Virus record (IMG/VR): IMGVR_UViG_3300033127_000032 | Span: 1-42,025 of that record | Source: a virus | Direction: 5' to 3' (one strand) | Length of the DNA: 42,025 bases | Shown: positions 7,969 to 14,876 of the stretch, piece by piece | How the letters are laid out: the number at the start of each line of letters is the position of its first letter | How positions within the stretch are numbered: position 1 is the first letter of the stretch | Notes under the pieces: generated by a model | What the model saw: the letters and a program-made list of their open reading frames with translations, nothing else | The model's database searches: none | What the model was told of the DNA's origin: nothing | Position numbers and translations under genes: made by a program

Positions 7969-8268
7969 TTATTCCCATTCTATATCATTAACGCATTTAT
8001 CTGCATTAATCCAAACTTCTTTTATATCATCACCAGTCACTCCACTTTTATTTTTTTCGTGCGTTCTACCAAGTTCATAAACTTCTTTTAAATCATCACC
8101 AGAAAAACAACCGCTAACAACGTGTAACTGTAATTGCTCTTGTAGGTGTTCTTTTGCAAAGGTCTCTGCTATTAAAACAACATCTTCTTCTGTATACTCT
8201 AATTTATCTTGTTTGTTTGGAAACGGCATTAAATCACGTTTAATTATTTCTTTTATTTTTTCTCTCAT
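7969..8268 (-). CDS. Hypothetical protein (99 aa) with an internal GDD(L/I)KEV(Y/W) repeat.
   Basis: Minus-strand ORF bracketed by the conserved-loop hairpins. Confidence 0.6.
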   Translation of the reverse strand: MREKIKEIIKRDLMPFPNKQDKLEYTEEDVVLIAETFAKEHLQEQLQLHVVSGCFSGDDLKEVYELGRTHEKNKSGVTGDDIKEVWINADKCVNDIEWE

Positions 8269-8325
8269 TTTTGTTTATTTTTAAGTTTTAGATTTATTTC
8301 ACGCAACTATAGTTACACAAAGTCC

Positions 8326-8354
8326 GTTGTAGCACATTAAAACGATGCCACAAC
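8326..8354 (-). other. Third stem-loop carrying the same apical CATTAAAACG.
   Basis: GTTGTAGCA (8326-8334) pairs with TGCCACAAC (8346-8354), with one G-U pair on the minus-strand RNA. The loop contains CATTAAAACG (8335-8344) and the stop codon of the 224-aa MTase-like gene. Confidence 0.7.
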
Positions 8355-9011
8355 ACCGTATAACATTAATTTTTGCGCCTGTGCTTTAACAATGTCTGTG
8401 CAAAGTTGCTCTGGTATCTTTGAACGTTCGTGATTATTCTTTAGTCCTTGTGTACCTGTACGCGATCCTCTTGGTGCAGCTTCGTGGTGGCATTCCTTAT
8501 TTCCGTTCCAACATTCAGCTCTTGGCTTCCAACCATTTTTATTAAACATAGGGTTGAAAATGTTGTTAGACCATATATCAGTAGGTTTTGCTCTTGTATC
8601 ACCATAAGTACAATACCAAACTGTAGTTCTTGGCAACCCTTTCATAAAGTCCATTTTTCTCAAGTAACCTCTTGGGTTTTCAATGTAATAATCGCATCTA
8701 AAATGGTTGATTAAGGCAAGTGTATTAAGCACCAAAAGGTCGCTTTTACGTGCAAAATCGGTTTTAGGCTTTCCGTTATCTCTATGATGGCTTATTGCAG
8801 CTATTGAGTAAGTCGTACAGGGTGGCGATGCCCAAATCATATCTGGTTTAAAAGGTATGTCTTTAGGTTCAACGTATTGCATATCCTTAACTAAATCAAT
8901 ATCGCCCCATTGAGTTATGTCAACAGAAAAAACCTCAAAGCCAAGTTTGTCCGCAACTTTTCCTATCGATCTACTTCCTGCAAATAATTCAAGTATTTTC
9001 ATATCTATCAA
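8337..9011 (-). CDS. Short cytosine-5-type DNA methyltransferase-like protein.
   Basis: 224 aa with ELFAGSRSIG (motif I-like), ASPPCTTYS (motif IV PC), YIENPRG (motif VI-like) and no obvious long target-recognition domain. The start may be M4 at 9002. It is visibly GC-richer than its neighbours. Confidence 0.6.
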   Translation of the reverse strand: MIDMKILELFAGSRSIGKVADKLGFEVFSVDITQWGDIDLVKDMQYVEPKDIPFKPDMIWASPPCTTYSIAAISHHRDNGKPKTDFARKSDLLVLNTLALINHFRCDYYIENPRGYLRKMDFMKGLPRTTVWYCTYGDTRAKPTDIWSNNIFNPMFNKNGWKPRAECWNGNKECHHEAAPRGSRTGTQGLKNNHERSKIPEQLCTDIVKAQAQKLMLYGVVASF

Positions 9012-9045
9012 AAACTAATGTTATACAATTACGTTCCTATAACCA

Positions 9046-9567
9046 TTAAAAAGTGTTTTTATAACCATTACCTTTTAACTTACTGTTCTTTTGATGATTT
9101 GTATAATCCTCTTTACCCATATCTTCTGATGGATAAGGTATAGCCCAATCTAAATTCTGTATAGACCAAGCTATGACCATATCAATAAACCCCCTCATCA
9201 TTTGTCTTGTAACTTCTGTATCCCCTTTCTTCAAAGTATGTGGTTCTGTTTCCCAAACCCCCTTGTTTTCGTTATAAAATTCTTTATACAAAAACAACCC
9301 CCTCAATTCATAATCTATATCTTTTAAACTTTTTACAACTCCTGTACTTAAATATGCTTTTTGTACTTCTTTCACGACTACACCAAAGTAGTAAGAACGC
9401 ATATTATCACTAAAAGCTGATGTTTTTTCAGAAAAAACTATTTCTATAGATGTTTTTTTAAAATAGGTCTTTAATGTAGAATCCAATAGAAGCCTATTAT
9501 ATATAGACAAAACCCCTTTTTCGTCTATATGACCATAAGCTGTGTATGTTTTTTTTGTATTTATCAT
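9046..9567 (-). CDS. Hypothetical protein (173 aa). Faint NinB/Orf-like pattern.
   Basis: FSDNMRSYYFGVVVKEV loosely resembles the RSxxQNxxxW segment of lambda NinB. This is very tentative. Confidence 0.55.
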   Translation of the reverse strand: MINTKKTYTAYGHIDEKGVLSIYNRLLLDSTLKTYFKKTSIEIVFSEKTSAFSDNMRSYYFGVVVKEVQKAYLSTGVVKSLKDIDYELRGLFLYKEFYNENKGVWETEPHTLKKGDTEVTRQMMRGFIDMVIAWSIQNLDWAIPYPSEDMGKEDYTNHQKNSKLKGNGYKNTF

Positions 9568-9956
9568 ACTAAAGAAGCTCTACCTACTAATCCACACTTT
9601 GGACATTCTTTTTGCTCTGTCTGTCTACCTTTCCAATCATAATCATACACATATTCGGTTTCTATTCCACATTCTGGACAATCACACTTTGAATTAAGTA
9701 AAACAACATTATCACATAATGCAGATATTTTACTTGAATATCTATTGAAATTCAAAGCAAAAAAAGGAATAATAGAAATTTCGTGTTTATCCAAAAAATC
9801 TGATATAGAAATACCTACATCTTCATAATCACACGCATCATTATCTGTTTCTTTGTAAAAAAGAGATAATATTTTTTTTTCGAAAACTTTTGTTTCTAAT
9901 CTTAATTCTTGTGATAGCTCTATTAATTTTTGGCCTTCTTCTAATACTATTGGCAT
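9564..9956 (-). CDS. Zinc-ribbon protein (130 aa).
   Basis: C-terminal CDCPECG...(24 aa)...CPKCG four-Cys ribbon. First gene after promoter box P_B. Confidence 0.6.
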   Translation of the reverse strand: MPIVLEEGQKLIELSQELRLETKVFEKKILSLFYKETDNDACDYEDVGISISDFLDKHEISIIPFFALNFNRYSSKISALCDNVVLLNSKCDCPECGIETEYVYDYDWKGRQTEQKECPKCGLVGRASLV

Positions 9957-9962
9957 AATAAT

Positions 9963-10003
9963 TTTGTTTTGTGATACAACAAATATAATAAAAATATTTA
10001 TTA
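9963..10003 (-). promoter_or_regulatory. Early-type promoter/leader box P_B.
   Basis: Minus strand reads TAATAAATATTTTTATTATATTTGTTGTATCACAAAACAAAATTATTATG. The -7 box is plus 9980-9987. Confidence 0.55.
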
Positions 10004-10009
10004 AAACTA

Positions 10010-10513
10010 TTAATCGAATAAGTTTTTTTCTTTTTTTATACCATAAATTTTTACAATCAAACTATCTGGTCCCTTTTTGTATCGCCAACTAAATTCGGGA
10101 ATATATTTTACCATATCATCCTCAATAATACAACAAGAAATAATAGTTTTTCCTTTCTTCATAGCATTTATAACCTGTCTTGTTGATGGTGTTTTTAAAA
10201 TATCTGTTATAACCTTTTGCCAAAAATAACCCTTATTGTCTAAATCAAAATTGCTTTTATTACTTGTATAGACAAATTCTAAGCGCATTTTATCCAACTT
10301 CGGTAAATCCTTGAAGTAATCATATAAAAAATTCTTAGTGTCTCTTATAATCTTAGAAACGATAAAATAATTTTGATTGTTTAAAAACAAATTCCCTGTT
10401 AAGTAATATGTATTTTCTTTTAGTTTACCAGTCTTTGGATCAACCTTTGTTTTTTTTCTATCAATGTATTTTGTAGGCGGATTATCTATGATAATTTCTT
10501 TAATTAGCTCCAT
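10010..10513 (-). CDS. RusA-like Holliday junction resolvase (tentative).
   Basis: 167 aa with FDLDNKGYFWQKVITDIL and a later IEDDMV. This resembles the RusA DxDN...D-L...DD-V pattern, but the spacing differs from E. coli RusA. Confidence 0.35.
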   Translation of the reverse strand: MELIKEIIIDNPPTKYIDRKKTKVDPKTGKLKENTYYLTGNLFLNNQNYFIVSKIIRDTKNFLYDYFKDLPKLDKMRLEFVYTSNKSNFDLDNKGYFWQKVITDILKTPSTRQVINAMKKGKTIISCCIIEDDMVKYIPEFSWRYKKGPDSLIVKIYGIKKEKNLFD

Positions 10514-10799
10514 CAGATATTTTTTTAATTATTTTTTCTCTCCAAAACTTATAAGTTTCTTTAATTGCTTTTTCATAATTATAATAGGACCCTTTGGGAC
10601 ATATAGTTAAAACACCTCCTTTACCTATTTTTTTTGGATAAGTTTTTTTTAAACCATTATTATCTACTTGAATGTACCAGGAATTAGAATCAAAAACAAT
10701 ATCTTTTATTGTTGTTTGGTTTTTGAAATAAATAGGATAAACAAACACACCGTTTTTAAAACAAATGCTTTTACATTTCATATAATCTTTATAATCCAT
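10500..10799 (-). CDS. Hypothetical protein (99 aa).
   Basis: Minus-strand ORF in the array. Confidence 0.6.
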   Translation of the reverse strand: MDYKDYMKCKSICFKNGVFVYPIYFKNQTTIKDIVFDSNSWYIQVDNNGLKKTYPKKIGKGGVLTICPKGSYYNYEKAIKETYKFWREKIIKKISDGAN

Positions 10800-11154
10800 C
10801 CTTTAACATCTTTATCTCATAAGTCATTTCGTTTACCTTTCTTAACAACTGTTGATTTCTTTTTTTCTCGGTATTTAACTCTATAACAGACATTTTGGAA
10901 ACCGTCTTTAAAGTATCAATATAACTGTTTAACCTCATTAAGGAATTTATACAGTCAAATATTATTTTTTTTTGATCTTTATTTTTCGAATTACCATACC
11001 ATTTTGTGAAGTTTTCCATCAAAAAATTTCCGTCTAAAACACTTTTTAAATCTAAAAGCCTTTCCGTAGATTCTAAGCGCTCAAAATCTTTTTTTTGATT
11101 GTCTATTAATTCTGATAAAAAACGTTCTCTTGCTTTATCTATTTTGTTTTTCAT
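10789..11154 (-). CDS. Hypothetical coiled-coil protein (121 aa).
   Basis: Minus-strand ORF in the array. Confidence 0.6.
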   Translation of the reverse strand: MKNKIDKARERFLSELIDNQKKDFERLESTERLLDLKSVLDGNFLMENFTKWYGNSKNKDQKKIIFDCINSLMRLNSYIDTLKTVSKMSVIELNTEKKRNQQLLRKVNEMTYEIKMLKDGL

Positions 11155-11157
11155 AAC

Positions 11158-12261
11158 TTAAAAAGGTAAATCATCATCTTCTGTTTCTATGTTTGAAACT
11201 ATTGATTGATTTTTTTGGTTATTTTCTAGTGTACCTATACTATCAACATCAGATTCATATTCCCTTTCTAATTCCTCTATTTCTTCTATTGATTTTTGTT
11301 CAGCATACCTCTTTTCTCCGTTAATCCAATTGTAATACCTAAACTTTTCTAAATCAAAGTAAGCTTTGTAAACACCTCTTTTTGCAACTGATCTTGGTTT
11401 AGCTTTAGTAACCATAATATGAACTTCATTTTTACTTCCATCTGGTCTGTGAACCGTAATCATACATTTCCCATTGTTAAACCATTCGGTTCCACCTTTC
11501 AAATGATAAGGCGATGGTGGTTTTCTTTTTCCTTTTTCGTCCTTATCTGTTCTTGTTGGATGAATAACAATATTTATGTGCATATTGTATTTTTCAGCTA
11601 TAGCATTTCTATAACTCAACACATATTCTAAATATTTATCATCCCTACCAAAACTAGATGTATCGTGTTTTAAATCTTTCCAACTATCTACAGACATTGT
11701 TTGTAAACCACCTTGAATATTTAAACTCATTTCAACACCCATATCCCAAAATTCTATAGGTGATAATTGACTTTTTAAATCTTCCTTTGTAAGTATAAAA
11801 AAATGTTCACAAATCCAATCTGAATGTGCTGATATTTCAAAATCCGTAATGTGGTTTTTGTATCTTTTATCAAAAGTTTTACCGCTCCTTTTATGTATCA
11901 AATCTGCTAATATTTCTTTTGCATCACCAACATCTGGAAAATATACCAAATGTTTCCATCCATACCATTCTGACGTGTTTAACAAACATTCCATTAAAAC
12001 CTGTGTCTTTCCACTCTGTGGAATACCAGTCCAATCCGTTGTCACCCCTAAAGCCATTGAATAATATTTATGAAACTCTGGAAAACCTAAATACTTTCCT
12101 CTTGTAGCACCATTCTTGGCATACGAAACTAATTCATTATAAATCTCACTAGATTTTACTATTTTAAATCCTTTTATCATTTGTGTAAATTTTATTAATT
12201 CAATTATTTGTTTTTCGTTCATTTTTATTAAGTTTATTTCATTAAACACGCTACTAATCAT
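11158..12261 (-). CDS. DnaB/T7 gp4-like RecA-fold replicative helicase with an SSB-type C-terminal tail.
   Basis: 367 aa. Walker A is GIPQSGKTQ. A later segment, INIVIHPTR...YHLKGGTEWFNNGKCMITVHR, resembles DnaB-family motifs. It ends in an acidic tail ETEDDDLPF. Confidence 0.6.
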   Translation of the reverse strand: MISSVFNEINLIKMNEKQIIELIKFTQMIKGFKIVKSSEIYNELVSYAKNGATRGKYLGFPEFHKYYSMALGVTTDWTGIPQSGKTQVLMECLLNTSEWYGWKHLVYFPDVGDAKEILADLIHKRSGKTFDKRYKNHITDFEISAHSDWICEHFFILTKEDLKSQLSPIEFWDMGVEMSLNIQGGLQTMSVDSWKDLKHDTSSFGRDDKYLEYVLSYRNAIAEKYNMHINIVIHPTRTDKDEKGKRKPPSPYHLKGGTEWFNNGKCMITVHRPDGSKNEVHIMVTKAKPRSVAKRGVYKAYFDLEKFRYYNWINGEKRYAEQKSIEEIEELEREYESDVDSIGTLENNQKNQSIVSNIETEDDDLPF

Positions 12262-12270
12262 ACAAATAGA

Positions 12271-12288
12271 CCGTTAGGCACAATTAAC
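12271..12288. repeat. Left arm of an inverted repeat flanking the 114-aa ORF.
   Basis: CCGTTAGGCACAATTAAC. Its reverse complement matches 12631-12646 at 15 of 16 positions. It overlaps the ORF stop codon. Confidence 0.8.
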
Positions 12289-12628
12289 GACCGTGGTTCG
12301 TTGCTTGCAATTGGCTTTTGGAATAGGCTTTGGTTTGTTTTTTAAGTTTGTCAGCACCTTGCCCTCTTGACCTTAATTTATATCCATTTTCATTAAGAAA
12401 TTTATAATACATTTCTTTATTTGTAGATGGTTTTTCAATCCTGTATTGTTCTGTTATTTTTAACTCATTTAGTATATCTTCAGTATAGTTTATAGAAGTA
12501 AGTTTATAATACGGAGAAATTAAGTCAAGAGTGCGTCTAAGGTCTAGCATTTCTTGCACGGTCTTGTCTTTATATTTTCCAAAACCCATTTTTGATTTTC
12601 TTGTCATTGTTCTAAGTGTCGGTATCAT
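12284..12628 (-). CDS. Hypothetical protein (114 aa) with a DUF3820-like FGKYKxKT motif.
   Basis: MGFGKYKDKTVQEML resembles the FGKYKGKTL motif of DUF3820-type phage proteins. The ORF is exactly bracketed by the inverted repeat. Confidence 0.6.
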   Translation of the reverse strand: MIPTLRTMTRKSKMGFGKYKDKTVQEMLDLRRTLDLISPYYKLTSINYTEDILNELKITEQYRIEKPSTNKEMYYKFLNENGYKLRSRGQGADKLKKQTKAYSKSQLQATNHGR

Positions 12629-12630
12629 AA

Positions 12631-12648
12631 GTTAACTGTGCCTAACAA
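12631..12648. repeat. Right arm of the inverted repeat flanking the 114-aa ORF.
   Basis: GTTAACTGTGCCTAACAA, starting 3 nt from the ORF start codon. Confidence 0.8.
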
Positions 12649-12649
12649 T

Positions 12650-12722
12650 GGCTATACGTAATGCCTTGCAAGGTCTTGTTATAAATTTGTTCGTATGGTT
12701 TAATCGGCACATACGCATAGCC
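12650..12722 (-). other. Structured, GC-richer 73-nt leader element. Long imperfect stem with alternative CGTAT/ATACG pairings.
   Basis: GGCTATACGTAATGCC (12650-12665) pairs with GGCACATACGCATAGCC (12706-12722). Internally, CGTATG (12692-12697) can pair with CATACG (12710-12715) or with the upstream ATACG. Confidence 0.5.
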
Positions 12723-12743
12723 GTAGCCGTTAAAAATGTTTTT

Positions 12744-13481
12744 TTAAAAATTAGAAAACCCACCATTTTCCAAATTCTCAAAATCTTCCTTTTTTGTTGT
12801 TTCTTCTGATTTATAAAAACCATATTTATCCAAAGTAGATGATCTGCTAAAAAATTCTGGTGTAGAATATTTATAACCTTGTTCAATATGATGTTTATTG
12901 TTAGCAACGTTTTTAATCGCTGTAATAATAACTTCTTTGGTATAACCATCTTTTAAGCGTGTTTTAAACTTAGATTGTGTAGATTTATTTATAACAGTAA
13001 ATCTACCATTACCTTTTCTGTTTTGAGTTTTATTTATAAAATCTAAAAGACCTTTAAAATCTATTATACTTGTATTATTAACACTTGTATTATTATCCTT
13101 TAACTTTTCTTCAATAGGGGTATTTAACTTTTCTTCAATAGGGTGTGTAATTAAAGTTAAATACCTATTTAAAATTTGTTTACTACCCTCTTTATAAATA
13201 ATAACAGACTTTATATATCCAAAATTTATAAGGTTTTTTATCCATTTACTTACAGAAGTTTTTGAAACACCATATAAATCTGCAAAATATTGATTATTTG
13301 CCCAACACTTACCACTAGACTGCGTTAAAGCTGTTATTTCTCCATATAATAGTTTTTCGTTTGCTTTTAAATTACTGTCATATCTAACATCTGCAGGTAT
13401 GATAGCATAATAACTAGGATTACTCATAATAATTATACAAAAAACCCCATAAATCCCGTAGGTTCTCACTTCTACGTTCAT
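12744..13481 (-). CDS. Replication initiator / DnaD-like winged-HTH protein.
   Basis: SNPSYYAIIPADVRYD...NEKLLYGEITALT...CWANNQYFADLYGVSKTSVSKWIKNLINFGYI is typical of phage replication-initiation HTH proteins. The likely true start is M19 at 13427. The upstream 18 codons look like leader. Confidence 0.65.
   Translation of the reverse strand: MNVEVRTYGIYGVFCIIIMSNPSYYAIIPADVRYDSNLKANEKLLYGEITALTQSSGKCWANNQYFADLYGVSKTSVSKWIKNLINFGYIKSVIIYKEGSKQILNRYLTLITHPIEEKLNTPIEEKLKDNNTSVNNTSIIDFKGLLDFINKTQNRKGNGRFTVINKSTQSKFKTRLKDGYTKEVIITAIKNVANNKHHIEQGYKYSTPEFFSRSSTLDKYGFYKSEETTKKEDFENLENGGFSNF
13066..13143. repeat. Two adjacent tandem duplications inside the initiator gene (15-bp x2 and 24-bp x2). Iteron-like.
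   Basis: ACTTGTATTATTA occurs at 13068-13080 and 13083-13095. TTTAACTTTTCTTCAATAGGG occurs at 13099-13119 and 13123-13143. They encode NNTS-NNTS and PIEEKL-PIEEKL. Confidence 0.85.
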
Positions 13482-13529
13482 TATGAGGTTTATGTTATTT
13501 TTTTAAGTTGCTATAATGTGAGAACGCAA

Positions 13530-13550
13530 CTACAACACAAATATAATCAA
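13530..13550 (-). promoter_or_regulatory. Putative -7 box promoter for the initiator gene.
   Basis: Minus strand reads GATTATATTTGTGTTGTAG (plus CAAATATA at 13538-13545), in the gap between the 126-aa ORF and the initiator. Confidence 0.4.
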
Positions 13551-13555
13551 ATAAA

Positions 13556-13936
13556 TTAATTCCTTTTATTTATTTGATAAACAATACCCTGTATTGCTTT
13601 AGGTTCTTTTTCGTAAGCTTCTATAACCTGTCTAATCTCGTCAAACTTGTAAATATTTAATTTAGATAAACTCTTAACCACATCATATTGAGTGTCAAAT
13701 AAATTATCTGTACCCTCTTCCGAAGCATTTAATAACTTTTCATAATAGTCATTCTGAATTTTACTTAATTCGCTTAAAAAACGATTTCCTGTTTGTTTTA
13801 TTTTTTTTCTGTAAACAGGTGTAAGTTTAACCTCTTCCATAAATTCAAGAGTAACAGAAGCCGAAATTATAAACTGAGCTATTTTGGACAATATTTTTTG
13901 CTCCCTTTCCGTAGTAGTATCTTTTGATTGCTCCAC
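13556..13936 (-). CDS. Hypothetical protein (126 aa).
   Basis: Minus-strand ORF in the array. Confidence 0.6.
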   Translation of the reverse strand: MEQSKDTTTEREQKILSKIAQFIISASVTLEFMEEVKLTPVYRKKIKQTGNRFLSELSKIQNDYYEKLLNASEEGTDNLFDTQYDVVKSLSKLNIYKFDEIRQVIEAYEKEPKAIQGIVYQINKRN

Positions 13937-13942
13937 TTTATT

Positions 13943-14242
13943 TTAGTTTTTAGTTAAAATGTAATTTTCTACAACCACCACATACGCATCATTTTCTTCA
14001 AAATCTGCCATTTTAGGCATTTTAAAACCTTTTTGATGCACTAAGTGTCTTTCATTCGCTTTGTTGATTATTTCATCTGTTTTTGGGTAAATTTCAAAAA
14101 AATCTAAATTAGGGTAAAAATGGTCTTTTACACCTTGTAAATCTTCCCAAGACAAAACAACATCTTCTGATGCTTGACAAGTAAGTATAATATAGTTTTT
14201 ACTTTCCGAAATAACCAAATCTAATTTTATAAAACTATCCAT
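13943..14242 (-). CDS. Hypothetical protein (99 aa).
   Basis: Minus-strand ORF in the array. Confidence 0.6.
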   Translation of the reverse strand: MDSFIKLDLVISESKNYIILTCQASEDVVLSWEDLQGVKDHFYPNLDFFEIYPKTDEIINKANERHLVHQKGFKMPKMADFEENDAYVVVVENYILTKN

Positions 14243-14876
14243 TAATTAACATTTGTATTTTATCATTGTTCAATAATTTGACAAGCTTAACTTTTCCAGA
14301 CGCAAGACCTATGTCTAAAGCCTTAAACTTTTCTTCATCTTTAAAAACCCTTTTCACATACAAGGACTTTTCACCAAAATTTGGATTGTAACTAATAAAA
14401 TCACACCATTTTCTTTTGGTCATTAACAGACCCGTTTGCATCTGCCAAATAGTTTTAGTGTCTATTTTATCAGTTAAAATTAAATCTAAATGCTTTTCAT
14501 CATTTCTAGCTTTAATCTCTATTAAACCATCATCTGATACAAAACCATCTGGCGAATATCCAGAATAATTACAATACTGAACAAAACCTATTTCTTTTAC
14601 ATCAACACCCCTTTCAAACTCATATTTCAATCTTGCTATAGGTTCCAATTCATCACCTCTTTGCATATCAAAACCATAGAAACGATCTGCGTTAGGATTT
14701 ATCTTTGATAAAACCAATTTTTTAACATAAGTATCTAAACCCTTTCCATTGTTTGCTATTTCTTGACCGTGCGATGCTGTTAGTTTAAGCTCTCGTAGTT
14801 TTAACCATTCTTCGGTACCTTGTTCTACATTATGAATAATCATACTACAAACCTTTAATTTGTTTTTTCTTAGCAC
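14235..14876 (-). CDS. YqaJ/lambda-Exo-like PD-(D/E)XK recombination exonuclease.
   Basis: QGTEEWLKLRELKLTASHG (YqaJ N-terminal signature) and SPDGFV...GLIEIKA (D...E-K). The likely start is M12 at 14843, just after the recT stop. Confidence 0.85.
   Translation of the reverse strand: MLRKNKLKVCSMIIHNVEQGTEEWLKLRELKLTASHGQEIANNGKGLDTYVKKLVLSKINPNADRFYGFDMQRGDELEPIARLKYEFERGVDVKEIGFVQYCNYSGYSPDGFVSDDGLIEIKARNDEKHLDLILTDKIDTKTIWQMQTGLLMTKRKWCDFISYNPNFGEKSLYVKRVFKDEEKFKALDIGLASGKVKLVKLLNNDKIQMLING

Noticed and set aside
9044-9053. CATTAAAAAG at the stop of the 173-aa ORF, considered as a fourth copy of the conserved hairpin loop.
   Set aside because: It has one mismatch to CATTAAAACG and no flanking inverted repeat to form a stem. 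The similarity is explained by a ...TTT-TAA-TG stop context.
9871-9880. T9/A9 homopolymer inside the zinc-ribbon ORF, and other A/T runs in coding regions, considered as additional slippery sites.
   Set aside because: The alternative frames close within a few codons and lead into no downstream ORF. Such runs are expected from Lys/Phe codons in an AT-rich genome.
12650-12722. A 73-nt element with paired ends, which is the size of a tRNA.
   Set aside because: On either strand I could not build a cloverleaf. The would-be T loop is 12-14 nt, there is no complementary anticodon stem and no GTTC/TTCGA-type T-loop. I kept it only as a structured leader.
12632-12949. Minus-strand 105-aa ORF overlapping the 3' end of the initiator gene.
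   Set aside because: It overlaps 12744-13481 out of frame for about 200 nt. Its remaining part covers the structured intergenic leader. The translation is basic and low-complexity with no motif.
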